Positions 20,397 through 29,509 of a stretch of 32,000 bases of DNA are shown in pieces (positions within the stretch are counted from its first letter, which is position 1; each line of letters begins with the position of its first letter). Where the stretch lies: contig OZ252279.1 in assembly GCA_965250005.1 (NCBI GenBank), positions 750,001 through 782,000 of the forward strand. Direction: 5' to 3'. This DNA is from Demequinaceae bacterium (GTDB taxonomy: Bacteria; Actinomycetota; Actinomycetes; Actinomycetales; Demequinaceae). Both the position numbers and the translations under genes were made by a program. The notes under the pieces were generated by a model. The model saw nothing but the letters and a program-made list of their open reading frames with translations, was not told the origin of the DNA and did no database searches.

Positions 20397-21052
20397 ACTG
20401 ACGCCACGCCCGCCAATCCCTCCACGAGCGCTTGACCGATACCGCTCACCGCCGCCAACTCCGCCAGGCTTGCGAACGGACCGTGTGCCTCGCGGTAGCC
20501 GACGATGCGCTTCGCAAGCGCGGGGCCAATGCCCGGCAAGCGCTCAAGCTCTGACGCCGACGACCGATTGATGTTTACGCCCGCGGTTGATTCTTCCCCG
20601 ACAACGGGCACATAGATCTGCTCCCCGTCCTGGACGACCCGCGCTAAGTTGATGGCGTTCGTCGCGGATTCCGGAAGCGTGCCTCCAGCCGCATCGATCG
20701 CGTCCTCAACCCTTGCTCCCGATGTCAGGCGCACCACACCGGGCTCGGCCACCGCGCCCGCGACGTGGACGACCACCTCGCCGCCGTCCAACAGTTCTGG
20801 TGCCGCATACACGGGACCGACCGACTCCACCGGCGTGGCTGCCCCCGATGGCCTCAGCGCGAACCCGGCAAGGAGCACCCCGAGCGCAAGCACGACGACC
20901 AGCGTCGCCGCCAACGAACGATCCATGCGCCATCTCACGCCGCGGGCTTCGGTTGGAACCGGGTTGCCGTGTGCCGCCTCGTAGGCACGGCTCGCTGCGC
21001 GCGCAACGCTGTCTCGCCACCGTGCCTGCACATCGCGCGCGTCGTCAGTCAT
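20393..21052 (-). CDS. comEA: ComEA family DNA-binding protein (SLBB + helix-hairpin-helix)
   Basis: A C-terminal HhH pair (ELERLPGIGPALAKRIVGYREAHGPFASLAELAAVSGIG), one TM helix and an SLBB-like region (VVHVAGAVAEPGVVRL). ATG 21052 is preceded by TACTCT at 6-nt spacing. Confidence 0.88.
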   Translation of the reverse strand: MTDDARDVQARWRDSVARAASRAYEAAHGNPVPTEARGVRWRMDRSLAATLVVVLALGVLLAGFALRPSGAATPVESVGPVYAAPELLDGGEVVVHVAGAVAEPGVVRLTSGARVEDAIDAAGGTLPESATNAINLARVVQDGEQIYVPVVGEESTAGVNINRSSASELERLPGIGPALAKRIVGYREAHGPFASLAELAAVSGIGQALVEGLAGVASV

Positions 21053-21058
21053 GGACAG

Positions 21059-21064
21059 AGAGTA
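21059..21064 (-). promoter_or_regulatory. -10 hexamer TACTCT, 6 nt upstream of the comEA ATG (leaderless candidate)
   Basis: Minus strand reads TACTCT CTGTCC ATG. Confidence 0.45.
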
Positions 21065-21147
21065 TGGCGAGCCACCTGTGCCGGAGCTCGCCCGCAGGTC
21101 GCCATCGACACGGCGCAACCGCGACGCGACCTGGGGACGCTGGCTGG

Positions 21148-22011
21148 CTAGTGCAGCTCGCGCGGTAAGTCGACCACGGCGGCAGCAAGCGTGCCCGGCC
21201 CCGTGTGAATGGCGAGAACAGCGCTCACCGGAGTCTTCACGGTCGTCACGATCTTGGCGTGCCTACCCTCGATTTCCCGAGCGGCGTCGTCGGCGTAATC
21301 CTGCGCTCCCAGTCCCATGATCGCAAGACCGGGGCGATCGAGTTTCTCGATGTGGCCCTCGGCGATCCGGGCGACCGCCGCGCGCGCCTTGAGTGTGGTC
21401 CGTACTCGCTCGACCAGTTCGACCTCACCCTCGCGGATCTCGAGCACGGGCCGAATACTCAGGGCCTCCCCGAGCGCAGCGAGTGGCCCGGACACCCGCC
21501 CGCCTCGCTTGAGGTATTCCAAGGTGTCGACGGTAAAGACGCAGATGCTCGAGTTCGATGCTCGCCGAACCTCAGCTGCCACCTCTGCTGCCGTCGCCCC
21601 GCCACGAGCGAGGGCGGCGCCGCTCAGCGCCGCGTAGCCCGTGGCCATGGCGAGCGTGCGCGAGTCCACCACGGTGACGGGAATCGGAGAGTCTTGAGCG
21701 GCTCGCGCGGCCCCGTTCACCGTGCCCGACATTTTGCCCGAAATGTGCACCGACACGATCGCCGTTGCCCCGGCATCGGCCGCCGCCTGATACGCCTCAA
21801 CGAACGCCCCGACACTTGGCTGCGAGGTGGTGACGTCCACCCCGGCTTCGAGCTCTGCCAGAACCTGACCCGGCTTCACGCTCACGCCCTCGGCGCGCGC
21901 CTCGCCGCCAGCGATGATCTGCAGCGGGACAACGCGCACACCCCACCGACGCGCGACCACCTCAGGGATGGACGCAGCTGAATCGGTGACCACGGCGACG
22001 GGTGCACTCAT
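21148..22011 (-). CDS. DegV family fatty-acid-binding protein
   Basis: N-terminal VAVVTDSAASIP and overall DegV-like length and pattern (SGTVNGA, FTVDTLEYLKRGGR). ATG 22011 is favoured over GTG 22017 because TAGGGT lies exactly 6 nt upstream. Confidence 0.88.
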   Translation of the reverse strand: MSAPVAVVTDSAASIPEVVARRWGVRVVPLQIIAGGEARAEGVSVKPGQVLAELEAGVDVTTSQPSVGAFVEAYQAAADAGATAIVSVHISGKMSGTVNGAARAAQDSPIPVTVVDSRTLAMATGYAALSGAALARGGATAAEVAAEVRRASNSSICVFTVDTLEYLKRGGRVSGPLAALGEALSIRPVLEIREGEVELVERVRTTLKARAAVARIAEGHIEKLDRPGLAIMGLGAQDYADDAAREIEGRHAKIVTTVKTPVSAVLAIHTGPGTLAAAVVDLPRELH

Positions 22012-22017
22012 CCCCAC

Positions 22018-22023
22018 ACCCTA
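22018..22023 (-). promoter_or_regulatory. -10 hexamer TAGGGT, 6 nt upstream of the degV ATG (leaderless candidate)
   Basis: Minus strand reads TAGGGT GTGGGG ATG. Confidence 0.4.
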
Positions 22024-22139
22024 GCGGCGTCCGGAGCCCAATCCTGAAAACCGAACTAGACCGCCAGCAGGAACTCGTCTGGTATGCAGCCAAGGCGCCC
22101 GAATTGGTTCCGGGTCGCACCCGCTGCGATTGCCGGATC

Positions 22140-24638
22140 TTAGCCGGTGACGATATTGACGAGCTTGGGTGCTCGCACGATCACGGTGCGAATTGGGGCG
22201 TCGCCAACAGTACGCTTGGCGCCGTCGGTCGCGAGCGCGAGCTCCCGCAACTGGTCCTCGGAGATATCCGGGCTGACCTCGATCCGGTCGCGCACCTTGC
22301 CCATCACCTGGACTACGCACGTCACCGTTTCTTCCACGAGCAGCGCCTCATCCACTGTGGGCCAGCCGCCGCGCGCAACGTTCTCGTGTCCCAGCATGGA
22401 CCACATGTCCTCTGACACGTACGGGGAGAACATCGACAGCAAGATTGCGACGGCCTCGGCGGCCTCGCGCACCGCGGGATCTGCAGCGCCCACCCCCGAG
22501 TCGATCGCCTTGCGGGTGACGTTGACCAGCTCCATGACGCGAGCGACCACCACGTTGAAGCGGAAGCCTTCGAGCAGCATTTCGCACTCGTGGAGCGTCT
22601 TGTGCGTTGTCGAGCGCAGTGCGGAGTCGCCGGTCACGACATCCGCGCCTGGCTCGGACGCGACGTCACGCGCCAGTCGCCACGCACGGGCGAGAAACTT
22701 CGCGCTGCCTGTGGGCGACACATCCGCCCAGTCGATGTCATCCTCCGGTGGTCCGGCAAAGGCCATGGTGAGGCGAACGGCGTCCACTCCGTTCTCATCG
22801 AGCTGCTCGCTCAAACGCACCAAGTTTCCCTTGCCCTTCGACATCGCGGACCCGTCCATGCGAACCATGCCCTGGTTCAGCAAGCGCGTAAAGGGCTCCT
22901 CAAAGTCCACCATCCCCATGTCATGCAGCGCCTTGGTGAAGAAGCGGGCGTAGAGCAGGTGAAGGATCGCGTGGGTCACTCCCCCGACGTACTGATCGAC
23001 GGGGGCCCATCGGTTCGCCTCGGATGCGTCGAAGGGGCCGTCGTTCTTGGATGGGGACAAGTAGCGCAGAAAGTACCACGACGAGTCCACGAACGTGTCC
23101 ATGGTGTCCGTGTCCCGTTTCGCAGGCTTGCCGCAATCCGGGCACGTGGTGTTGACCCAATCCGTCGCGGCCGCGAGCGGCGATTGTCCCTTGGGCTTGA
23201 GGTCGAGCCCCTCGGCCGGCGGCAGTTCAACGGGAAGTTGATCGTCGGGGACGCGGACCTCGCCGCAGTCATCGCAATGGACGATCGGAATGGGCGTGCC
23301 CCAGTAGCGCTGGCGCGAGATGAGCCAGTCCCGCAGTCGGTAGTTAACGGCTGCCTTGCCCACGCCGTCGCCCTCGAGCTGCGCGATGATCTTGGCAATC
23401 GCTTCAACTTTGCCAAGGCCGTTGATCGGGCCGGAGTTAATGAGCGTGCCGTCTCCCGTGGTCGGGACACCCGACTCCGCGGGATCCGGGAGTGAGTTGC
23501 CCTGGTCGTCCTTGCAATCCAGGACCGCGCGAATGGGCAAACCCATCGCTCGCGCGAAGTCGATGTCGCGCTGGTCGTGCGCGGGGACGGCCATGATCGC
23601 GCCGTGACCGTAGTCCGCGAGCACGTAATCCGAAACCCAGATCGGAAGTTTTTCGCCATTGACGGGGTTGATTGCGTACCGCTTGAGGAAAATGCCGGTC
23701 TTCTCGCGGTCCGTGGCGAGGCGCTCGATCTCCGTCGCACCCTTCACGGTAGCGAGGTACTCGGTGAACGCGGCTTGTGTTTCCTCGTCCGCGTCTTCCA
23801 CGAGTTCCGCGGCAAGGTCGCTGTCCGCGGCGACCACCATGAACGTCGCCCCAAAGAGCGTGTCGGGACGGGTGGTGTAAATGTCGATGGGCTCATCGCG
23901 GCCCTCGATGACGAACGTGACATCTGAGCCTTCAGACCGGCCAATCCAGTTGCGCTGCATCGCCAGGACCTTGTCGGGCCACTTGCCCTCGAGAGTGTCG
24001 AGATCGTTCAATAAACGATCGCCGTAGTCGGTGATCTTGAAGTACCACTGCGTAAGCTTCTTCTTGGTCACCGGAGTCTCACAGCGCTCGCATCGGCCAT
24101 CCACAACCTGCTCGTTCGCAAGAACCGTCTGATCCTTAGGACACCAGTTGACTTGGCTCGGCTTGCGGTAGGCGAGGCCGCGCTCATGTAGGCGCGTGAA
24201 GATCCACTGGTTCCAGCGGTAGTACTCGGGGCGGTGGGTCGCGAGCACGCGGTCCCAGTCAAACGAGCACGCATAACGCTCCATCGAGCTGCGCTGCTGG
24301 GCGATGTTGTCCTCTGTCCAGCCGCGCGGGTCCAGGTCACGTTTGATCGCCGCGTTCTCTGCTGGAAGGCCGAACGAGTCCCAACCGATGGGATGCAGGA
24401 CGTTGAAGCCGCGCTGCACCCAGTACCGCGAGATTACGTCACCAAGCGCGTACGCCTCTGCGTGACCCATGTGCAGGTCGCCTGACGGGTACGGGAACAT
24501 GTCGAGCACATACTTCTCGGGACGCGTGTCATCGGCGTTGCCGCTGCGAAACGGCTGCGTCTCCTGCCACACCGGCTGCCACTTGTCCTCGAGCGCGCGA
24601 AAGTCGTAGCGGTCGTCTTCTGTCGTCTCGTTGGTCAC
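22140..24638 (-). CDS. leuS: leucine--tRNA ligase
   Basis: 832 aa. HIGH motif ([11 protein letters not shown]), a CP1 editing domain, a KMSKS-region variant AMSKGKGN, and the anticodon-binding and C-terminal domains. Confidence 0.97.
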   Translation of the reverse strand: MTNETTEDDRYDFRALEDKWQPVWQETQPFRSGNADDTRPEKYVLDMFPYPSGDLHMGHAEAYALGDVISRYWVQRGFNVLHPIGWDSFGLPAENAAIKRDLDPRGWTEDNIAQQRSSMERYACSFDWDRVLATHRPEYYRWNQWIFTRLHERGLAYRKPSQVNWCPKDQTVLANEQVVDGRCERCETPVTKKKLTQWYFKITDYGDRLLNDLDTLEGKWPDKVLAMQRNWIGRSEGSDVTFVIEGRDEPIDIYTTRPDTLFGATFMVVAADSDLAAELVEDADEETQAAFTEYLATVKGATEIERLATDREKTGIFLKRYAINPVNGEKLPIWVSDYVLADYGHGAIMAVPAHDQRDIDFARAMGLPIRAVLDCKDDQGNSLPDPAESGVPTTGDGTLINSGPINGLGKVEAIAKIIAQLEGDGVGKAAVNYRLRDWLISRQRYWGTPIPIVHCDDCGEVRVPDDQLPVELPPAEGLDLKPKGQSPLAAATDWVNTTCPDCGKPAKRDTDTMDTFVDSSWYFLRYLSPSKNDGPFDASEANRWAPVDQYVGGVTHAILHLLYARFFTKALHDMGMVDFEEPFTRLLNQGMVRMDGSAMSKGKGNLVRLSEQLDENGVDAVRLTMAFAGPPEDDIDWADVSPTGSAKFLARAWRLARDVASEPGADVVTGDSALRSTTHKTLHECEMLLEGFRFNVVVARVMELVNVTRKAIDSGVGAADPAVREAAEAVAILLSMFSPYVSEDMWSMLGHENVARGGWPTVDEALLVEETVTCVVQVMGKVRDRIEVSPDISEDQLRELALATDGAKRTVGDAPIRTVIVRAPKLVNIVTG

Positions 24639-24644
24639 GGCGCG

Positions 24645-24650
24645 ATTTTA
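24645..24650 (-). promoter_or_regulatory. -10 hexamer TAAAAT, 6 nt upstream of the leuS GTG (leaderless candidate)
   Basis: Minus strand reads TAAAAT CGCGCC GTG. There is no SD. Confidence 0.5.
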
Positions 24651-24874
24651 CCGGCCCGCGCGCCGGTCGCCTAAACGAGGGCGCCCGCTGTGAGCCGCGG
24701 TGTCCCTCTCACGAGCAATGCCGTGGACGGTGGCGGCGCAGAGCCCAGTGGTCGCCGGGTTCCCCAGCCTCACGTCGGAGCCAACTTTCCTGACCTGTTT
24801 GACGGCGTACCGCGGGCCGTCCGAGTCAGTCGGGCGGGTTTCGGCCGGCCGCGGCAAGCTTCTTCGCTTGCGCG

Positions 24875-24890
24875 CCACGAGTGCTCGTGG
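24875..24890. promoter_or_regulatory. 7-2-7 inverted repeat CCACGAG-TG-CTCGTGG, candidate operator/activator site for modA
   Basis: Perfect 7-bp arms, centred ~47 bp upstream of the modA ATG and putative TSS. Confidence 0.35.
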
Positions 24891-24917
24891 AGCGAGCATC
24901 TTCCGCGCACGCGTCGG

Positions 24918-24923
24918 TAAAGT
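24918..24923 (+). promoter_or_regulatory. -10 hexamer TAAAGT, 6 nt upstream of the modA ATG (leaderless candidate)
   Basis: Plus strand reads TAAAGT GGCGAC ATG. There is no SD. Confidence 0.5.
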
Positions 24924-24929
24924 GGCGAC

Positions 24930-25703
24930 ATGACAAGCGCCCCCATATCCCCCCGTCGGAACGCTGAATCGCCCCAAAGCGGTACTCGCGCGCTCGCCGG
25001 AGCCGTGGGTTTGGCACTCTTAGCCGCTGCCACAGGGTGCAGCGCATCAGAGGGCGAGTCAATCACGATTGGGGTTGCCTCCTCCCTCGCCGACGTGGCG
25101 CCGATACTGGCCGATGCGTTTGAGCATGAGAATCCCGGTCAAACCGTCGATATCACTGTTGCCGGAAGCGCGACGCTGGTAAGTCAGTCGGTGGCGGGGG
25201 CCCCCTATGACGCGATCGTGGTCGCCGACGAGCATTCTCTAATCCAACTGCAGGCCGACGGGCTGATCGTCGATTCCCTCGCGATCGCCTCGAACTCGGT
25301 TGTACTCGCGTCCGCAGAACAGCCCGCGCCGGGCGCAGGCGTAAGCGACCAGTGGCTCATTGCCGCGTGCACCGCACACCAGCCCTGCGGGCGCGGTGCG
25401 GACGCGCTGACTCACACCGCCTACTATCCGCTGGAGTTCGACATCTTGCTCAGCGACGCTCGCGCGGTCACATACGCCATCACCAGCGGCGAAGCCGATG
25501 CGGGAATCGTGTACGCAACCAACGCCAAAGCCGCGCAACTCTGGGTGATATTCGCGCCGGCGCTGGACCCGTTTGTCGTCGTGGGCGCGACGCTCCGGGA
25601 CGACCCTGGCGCCGCGATGTTTCTGGACTTTCTCGCCTCCCAGTCCGCCGCGGAGATTCTCGAGCAAGCTGGGTTCGCCGCCCCGGATGGCGCAGGCTTC
25701 TGA
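24930..25703 (+). CDS. modA: molybdate ABC transporter substrate-binding lipoprotein
   Basis: Signal peptide with the lipobox LLAAATGC. ModA-like motifs ITIGVASSLADV, SGSATLVSQ-type and GIVYATNA. Confidence 0.88.
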   Translation: MTSAPISPRRNAESPQSGTRALAGAVGLALLAAATGCSASEGESITIGVASSLADVAPILADAFEHENPGQTVDITVAGSATLVSQSVAGAPYDAIVVADEHSLIQLQADGLIVDSLAIASNSVVLASAEQPAPGAGVSDQWLIAACTAHQPCGRGADALTHTAYYPLEFDILLSDARAVTYAITSGEADAGIVYATNAKAAQLWVIFAPALDPFVVVGATLRDDPGAAMFLDFLASQSAAEILEQAGFAAPDGAGF

Positions 25704-26512
25704 TGAGGCGCCTGCCGGTCGTCGTTCTGGTCGCCGCGTCGGTCGCGGCGGCGATGATCGCCGTTCCGCTTCTGAGTTTGGTCGCGCGCGTCGAGTGGTC
25801 AGGCGCGTGGGCCGCCGTCTCATCGGCGCCGTCGCGTGAGGCGATCGCTTTGTCGCTGGTGACGGCGAGCGTCGCGACGCTCGTGGTGTTGGTGCTGGGC
25901 GTTCCTCTGGCGTCCGTGCTCGCTAGGATTCCGGGGCGCGCGGCCCATTGGTCGCGGGCCGTCATTCTTCTTCCGCTCGTGCTTCCCCCCGTGGTTGGTG
26001 GCGTCGCCCTGCTCGCCGCGTTCGGCAGGCAGGGCCTTATTGGCGAGTGGCTCGAGTCCACGTGGGGCGTCACGGTCGCGTTTACGCCAGTAGCCGTCGT
26101 CCTCGCGCAGGTGTTTGTAGCCCTACCGTTTCTCGTAGTAAGCGTCGAGGGCGCTTTGCGGACTCACGCGCACGCACTGGGGGACGCGGCAGCGACGCTG
26201 GGCGCTCGGCCGTGGCAGCAATGGTGGAAAGTCGCCCTGCCTGCGGCGCGGCCCGGAATCGCTGCGGGACTCGCGCTGGCGTGGGCACGGGCGCTGGGCG
26301 AATTCGGCGCGACCATCACGTTCGCCGGAGGCTTCCCGGGCCGCACCGCGACCGTGCCCGTGACGATCTACGAAACACTCCAGCACGACGCCCCCGCGGC
26401 CATCATGCTTGCCACGGTCATGATGGTGGTAAACGTCGCGATTCTCGCGCTCCTGCGCCACCGTTGGCTGACGGGCGGCGCTCTTGAGGGCCGCCCCGGT
26501 TCACGCTCCTAA
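25703..26512 (+). CDS. modB: molybdate ABC transporter permease
   Basis: Its ATG at 25703 shares one base with the modA stop (TGATG). It has 5-6 TM helices, an EAA loop (VEGALRTHAHALGDAAATLGA) and ARALGEFGATITFAG, typical of the ModB/CysTW family. The ORF-track start at 25352 is inside modA and is rejected. Confidence 0.9.
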   Translation: MRRLPVVVLVAASVAAAMIAVPLLSLVARVEWSGAWAAVSSAPSREAIALSLVTASVATLVVLVLGVPLASVLARIPGRAAHWSRAVILLPLVLPPVVGGVALLAAFGRQGLIGEWLESTWGVTVAFTPVAVVLAQVFVALPFLVVSVEGALRTHAHALGDAAATLGARPWQQWWKVALPAARPGIAAGLALAWARALGEFGATITFAGGFPGRTATVPVTIYETLQHDAPAAIMLATVMMVVNVAILALLRHRWLTGGALEGRPGSRS

Positions 26513-26527
26513 CCGCCGCCCAGAGAC

Positions 26528-26566
26528 CGAAGCGCCGTCAGCCCGGTGCGGGCTGACGGCGCTTCG
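26528..26566. terminator. intrinsic terminator between convergent modB and narK
   Basis: An 18-bp perfect stem (CGAAGCGCCGTCAGCCCG / CGGGCTGACGGCGCTTCG) with a 3-nt loop, followed on the plus strand by TATTTC. Confidence 0.8.
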
Positions 26567-26599
26567 TATTTCAATCGGAATCCTTCGATCTGAGCCGTG

Positions 26600-27955
26600 C
26601 TATGACCGCTTCTCTGCATTCTTGCGCGAGTAGTACCACCACGTGATGATCACGCCGGCGAGCGCGAGCGTCGCCCACCCGATGAAGAAGTTCACCGGAT
26701 CTGTGGACGCGAAGATCACACCGAAGACGAACGGACCAAACGCCGCGATGGCTGACGTCCAGCCGATCACGCCGCCAGCCTGGCGACGCTCGAAGATCAT
26801 GGGCATTTGCTTGAACGTGCTGGCGTTACCCACGCCCGCGAAGAAGAAGATCGCGAGCATGCCCCACAGGAATAGCGGGAACTGATCGACCGAGTCGGGG
26901 CTGAGCTGGAAAGCAGTGAAGATGCTCGCGCCCGCGATTCCGGCGGTAGCCAGCATGGTCACACGCGCGCCGCCCAGCTTGTCGGCGACAGGACCGGCTG
27001 CGACCCGCGCCGCCGACCCGACGAGCGCTCCGAGGAACGCGTAGCTGACCGCGTTGATGCCGTCGTTTCCGAATACGTCGCTGCCGTAGATGTTCTTGAT
27101 CAGCAGGCCGAACGTTGCGGCGAAGCCGGCAAACGTGCCGAAGGTGATCACGTACAGCACCGTCATCAGCCACGTGTGCTTGTTCTGGAAGATGTCGAAC
27201 TGATCGCGCACCTTGTTGACCTGGACGGGAATACTGCGGAGCAGTTTCCACGCGAGGAAGGCGCCCACGAGCACGAACGGCACCCAGAAGAAGCCCGCGT
27301 TCTGGTACCAGACCTCCTTGTCGATGCCTTTGTCGACGTTGATGAACCGCTGCGAGGCGCCCATGGTGCCACCGACGAGCGCGAACGTCACGAGCATCGG
27401 CGTGAAGAACTGGACCAGCGAGACGCCGAAGTTTCCGATACCGGCCTGCAGCCCCAGGGCCACGCCCTGCTTGGATTTGGGGAAGAAGTAGGACGTGCTC
27501 GGCATGAAGCCAGAGAACGCGCCTCCACCGATGCCCGACAGGAAGCTCAGGGAAAGCAGGACTACGTAGGGCGTGTTGGCGTCTTGGACCGCAATTCCCC
27601 AGCCCACTAGCGGCAGCAGCAGCAGCGCGGTGGTGATCCACACCAGCTTGCGCGTTCCAATCACCGGAGGCAGGAAGGTCCAAATCAGCCGCAGTCCTCC
27701 ACCGGCGAGGCCGAACAGCGCGACCAACCAGTAGAGCTGCGTCTTGCTGAGGTCGAACCCGATCGAGTTGAGGATGGGCGCGAGCGCGGATACGAGGAAC
27801 CACGCGATGAACGCGAGAACCAGGTTGAACGTGGTGATCCACAGGGTCTTCCACGCGAGATTGGAGTCCCAGGTCTTTGCCTCGGGATCCCACTTATCGA
27901 GCCAGTCTTTTCCCTTGGGTGCGGGCGCTGGGGGCGCCGTCTTCTTGGTAGCCAT
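26600..27955 (-). CDS. narK: MFS nitrate/nitrite transporter, NarK (antiporter-like) type
   Basis: 451 aa, 12 TM. The N-terminus (WDPEAKTWDSNLAWKTLWITTFNLVLAFIAWFL) resembles enterobacterial NarK, and NNP-family Gly-rich motifs are present (GLAGGGLRL, GIGNFG). The SD GGGAG lies within the end of the upstream gene. Confidence 0.88.
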   Translation of the reverse strand: MATKKTAPPAPAPKGKDWLDKWDPEAKTWDSNLAWKTLWITTFNLVLAFIAWFLVSALAPILNSIGFDLSKTQLYWLVALFGLAGGGLRLIWTFLPPVIGTRKLVWITTALLLLPLVGWGIAVQDANTPYVVLLSLSFLSGIGGGAFSGFMPSTSYFFPKSKQGVALGLQAGIGNFGVSLVQFFTPMLVTFALVGGTMGASQRFINVDKGIDKEVWYQNAGFFWVPFVLVGAFLAWKLLRSIPVQVNKVRDQFDIFQNKHTWLMTVLYVITFGTFAGFAATFGLLIKNIYGSDVFGNDGINAVSYAFLGALVGSAARVAAGPVADKLGGARVTMLATAGIAGASIFTAFQLSPDSVDQFPLFLWGMLAIFFFAGVGNASTFKQMPMIFERRQAGGVIGWTSAIAAFGPFVFGVIFASTDPVNFFIGWATLALAGVIITWWYYSRKNAEKRS

Positions 27956-27958
27956 GAA

Positions 27959-29398
27959 CTAGCTCCCTGCTTTCTGAGACGCCTTGCGCGTCGTTGCCTT
28001 CTTGGCCGGCGCGGTTGCGCTGGCATCTTCATGCTCAAACTTGTGCTCCAGTGTCGGGCTCGCCTCGTGCAGCACCTTGACCACCGTGACGTGCATCCAT
28101 ATTGCCGCCACCAACGTGAGCAGGAACAGCACGAAGAACGTTGCCTGGGGCATGCCACTGAAGCGCTCCGCGTACGCGAAGGCGGGCGGCAGGAAGAAGC
28201 CACCGAGCGCGCCGAGCGACCCGACGAGGCCCCCAACAGCGCCAACGTCCTTGGGGAAGTACTCGGGAATGTGTTTGTAAACGGCCGCCTTGCCGATGCC
28301 CATCGAGCAACCGATGAAGAACACAAGAATGGTGAAGAACACCACGCCCACACTCCAGGGAAGGACCTCGTTGGTGCTGCCGTCGCCCAGTTCTATCGTG
28401 ATGAACCCGTACGGCATCATCAGGATGCCGCTCGCGAGCAGCATGACGCCGAACGTGGCGTACATGACGCGGCGGGCGCCTAGCTTGTCGGAGAAGTAGC
28501 CGCCCACGGGGCGTAGCAGCGACGCGGGGAAGATGAACAGCGCCGTGAGCAGCGCGGCGTTCTTGAGTTCGAGTCCGTAGTTGTCCACGTAGTACTTGGG
28601 CAGCCACGAAGAGAGCGCGACGTATGCGCCGAACACCACCGCGTAGTAGAGGCTGAACCGCCAGACGCGAACCTGCTTGAGCGGCCGCAGCATGTCCTTG
28701 AGGGCGCGGTCCTTGCCGGGCTTGTGGTCCTGGCGAGGAGCGACCAACCACGTCACCGCCGCCATGATGAGCAACAGCACGCCGTAGATGAACGGGACCG
28801 AGCGCCAGCCACCGGGGACGACGCCGCCAAGCAGCCCCGCGACGGGAACGGCTCCGATCATCCACGGGCCGATGAACTTGGTGACCGATGCGCCCACATT
28901 TCCGGCACCGAACACGCCGAGCGCGAGGCCCTGGCGACTCTGCGGCCACCACGCGCTCACCCAGGCAATACCCGAGGTGAATGAGTTGCCGGCGAATCCG
29001 ACCAGGAACGCGTAGACGATGAGGACGGCGTAGGAGGTCGCGTCTACTGGCGTCGCGTACGCGATGAGGAAGGCTGGAATAGCGGTGAAGAGGAGCATCG
29101 CGGTGGAGACCACGCGTCCGCCCCAGCGGTCGGCGGCGAGCCCAGCGGGCAGACGCCAGATCGAGCCGTTGAGGATGGCAACGGCCGTGAGCCACGAGAA
29201 CTGGACGTCGGTGAGGCCAAACTCGTCCCGGATGGAGATTCCGAGCACGCCGAACATCAACCAAACGGCGAACATCAGCGTGAACCCTGTGGTGGCGATC
29301 GAGAGGACGCGCCCGCGCCCGCTCTCGGTATCCGCAGCGTTGGGCCCAACCCTCTTGAGCTCCGGTCGATTGGTTTTTGACGTCTTTGGGGCTGCCAT
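27959..29398 (-). CDS. MFS nitrate/nitrite transporter, second (NarK1/NasA-like) type
   Basis: 479 aa counted from ATG 29398, which is preceded by AAGGAGG at 8 nt. It has 12 TM helices and NNP-family motifs (ILNGSIWRLPAGLAADRWGGR, GAGNVG). The ORF-track start at 29629 runs through the AT-rich promoter region and is rejected. Confidence 0.85.
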   Translation of the reverse strand: MAAPKTSKTNRPELKRVGPNAADTESGRGRVLSIATTGFTLMFAVWLMFGVLGISIRDEFGLTDVQFSWLTAVAILNGSIWRLPAGLAADRWGGRVVSTAMLLFTAIPAFLIAYATPVDATSYAVLIVYAFLVGFAGNSFTSGIAWVSAWWPQSRQGLALGVFGAGNVGASVTKFIGPWMIGAVPVAGLLGGVVPGGWRSVPFIYGVLLLIMAAVTWLVAPRQDHKPGKDRALKDMLRPLKQVRVWRFSLYYAVVFGAYVALSSWLPKYYVDNYGLELKNAALLTALFIFPASLLRPVGGYFSDKLGARRVMYATFGVMLLASGILMMPYGFITIELGDGSTNEVLPWSVGVVFFTILVFFIGCSMGIGKAAVYKHIPEYFPKDVGAVGGLVGSLGALGGFFLPPAFAYAERFSGMPQATFFVLFLLTLVAAIWMHVTVVKVLHEASPTLEHKFEHEDASATAPAKKATTRKASQKAGS

Positions 29399-29434
29399 TC
29401 CGTGGTCCTCCTTAGAACCTGTCATCTTGTTTAG

Positions 29435-29509
29435 ATGTGTCTCAGAGTACACATTTTTCCACAGGTTGCAATACTCACCGTGTTTATTCACATTTGACGT
29501 CTCTATGTG
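29435..29509. promoter_or_regulatory. divergent narK / regulator-narG control region with two CACAT/ATGTG inverted repeats
   Basis: ATGTGT-N8-ACACAT at 29435-29454 encloses a minus-strand -10 TACTCT (29449-29444), which lies 16 nt from the self-complementary TTGCAA at 29466-29471. CACAT-N11-ATGTG at 29489-29509 begins at a plus-strand -10-like CACATT, 17 nt from the same TTGCAA. This is the most AT-rich stretch in the window. Confidence 0.45.

Noticed and set aside
22500-22560. LeuS class-I signature reads AMSKGKGN instead of KMSKSKGN
   Set aside because: The first Lys of KMSKS is known to vary in some bacterial LeuRS enzymes, while the MSK core and the HIGH motif are intact. This is probably normal lineage variation rather than a pseudo-enzyme. 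The coordinates are approximate.
24801-24841. T-box-like string GGCGTACCGCGGG followed by a stem-loop and GTTT on the plus strand
   Set aside because: It matches the T-box core only at ACCGCG. The orientation points at modA, which is not an aminoacyl-tRNA-related gene. No specifier-loop or stem-I features are visible, and the opposite-strand leuS appears leaderless.
24700-24929. Possible Moco (molybdenum cofactor) riboswitch upstream of modA
   Set aside because: There are only loose resemblances (CGGAGCC, GGAAAG on opposite strands and in the wrong order), and I could not reconstruct the conserved multi-stem architecture. modA also appears to be leaderless. An Rfam RF01055 scan would settle it.
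24648-25066. ORFs of 76-109 aa inside the leuS-modA spacer (24648-24977, 24690-24920, 24700-24933, 24770-25066, 24826-25062)
   Set aside because: They overlap one another, run into the modA or leuS promoters, and have no start context (neither SD nor TANNNT-N6). They show no recognisable motifs; for example, nothing resembles a Mop/molbindin protein.
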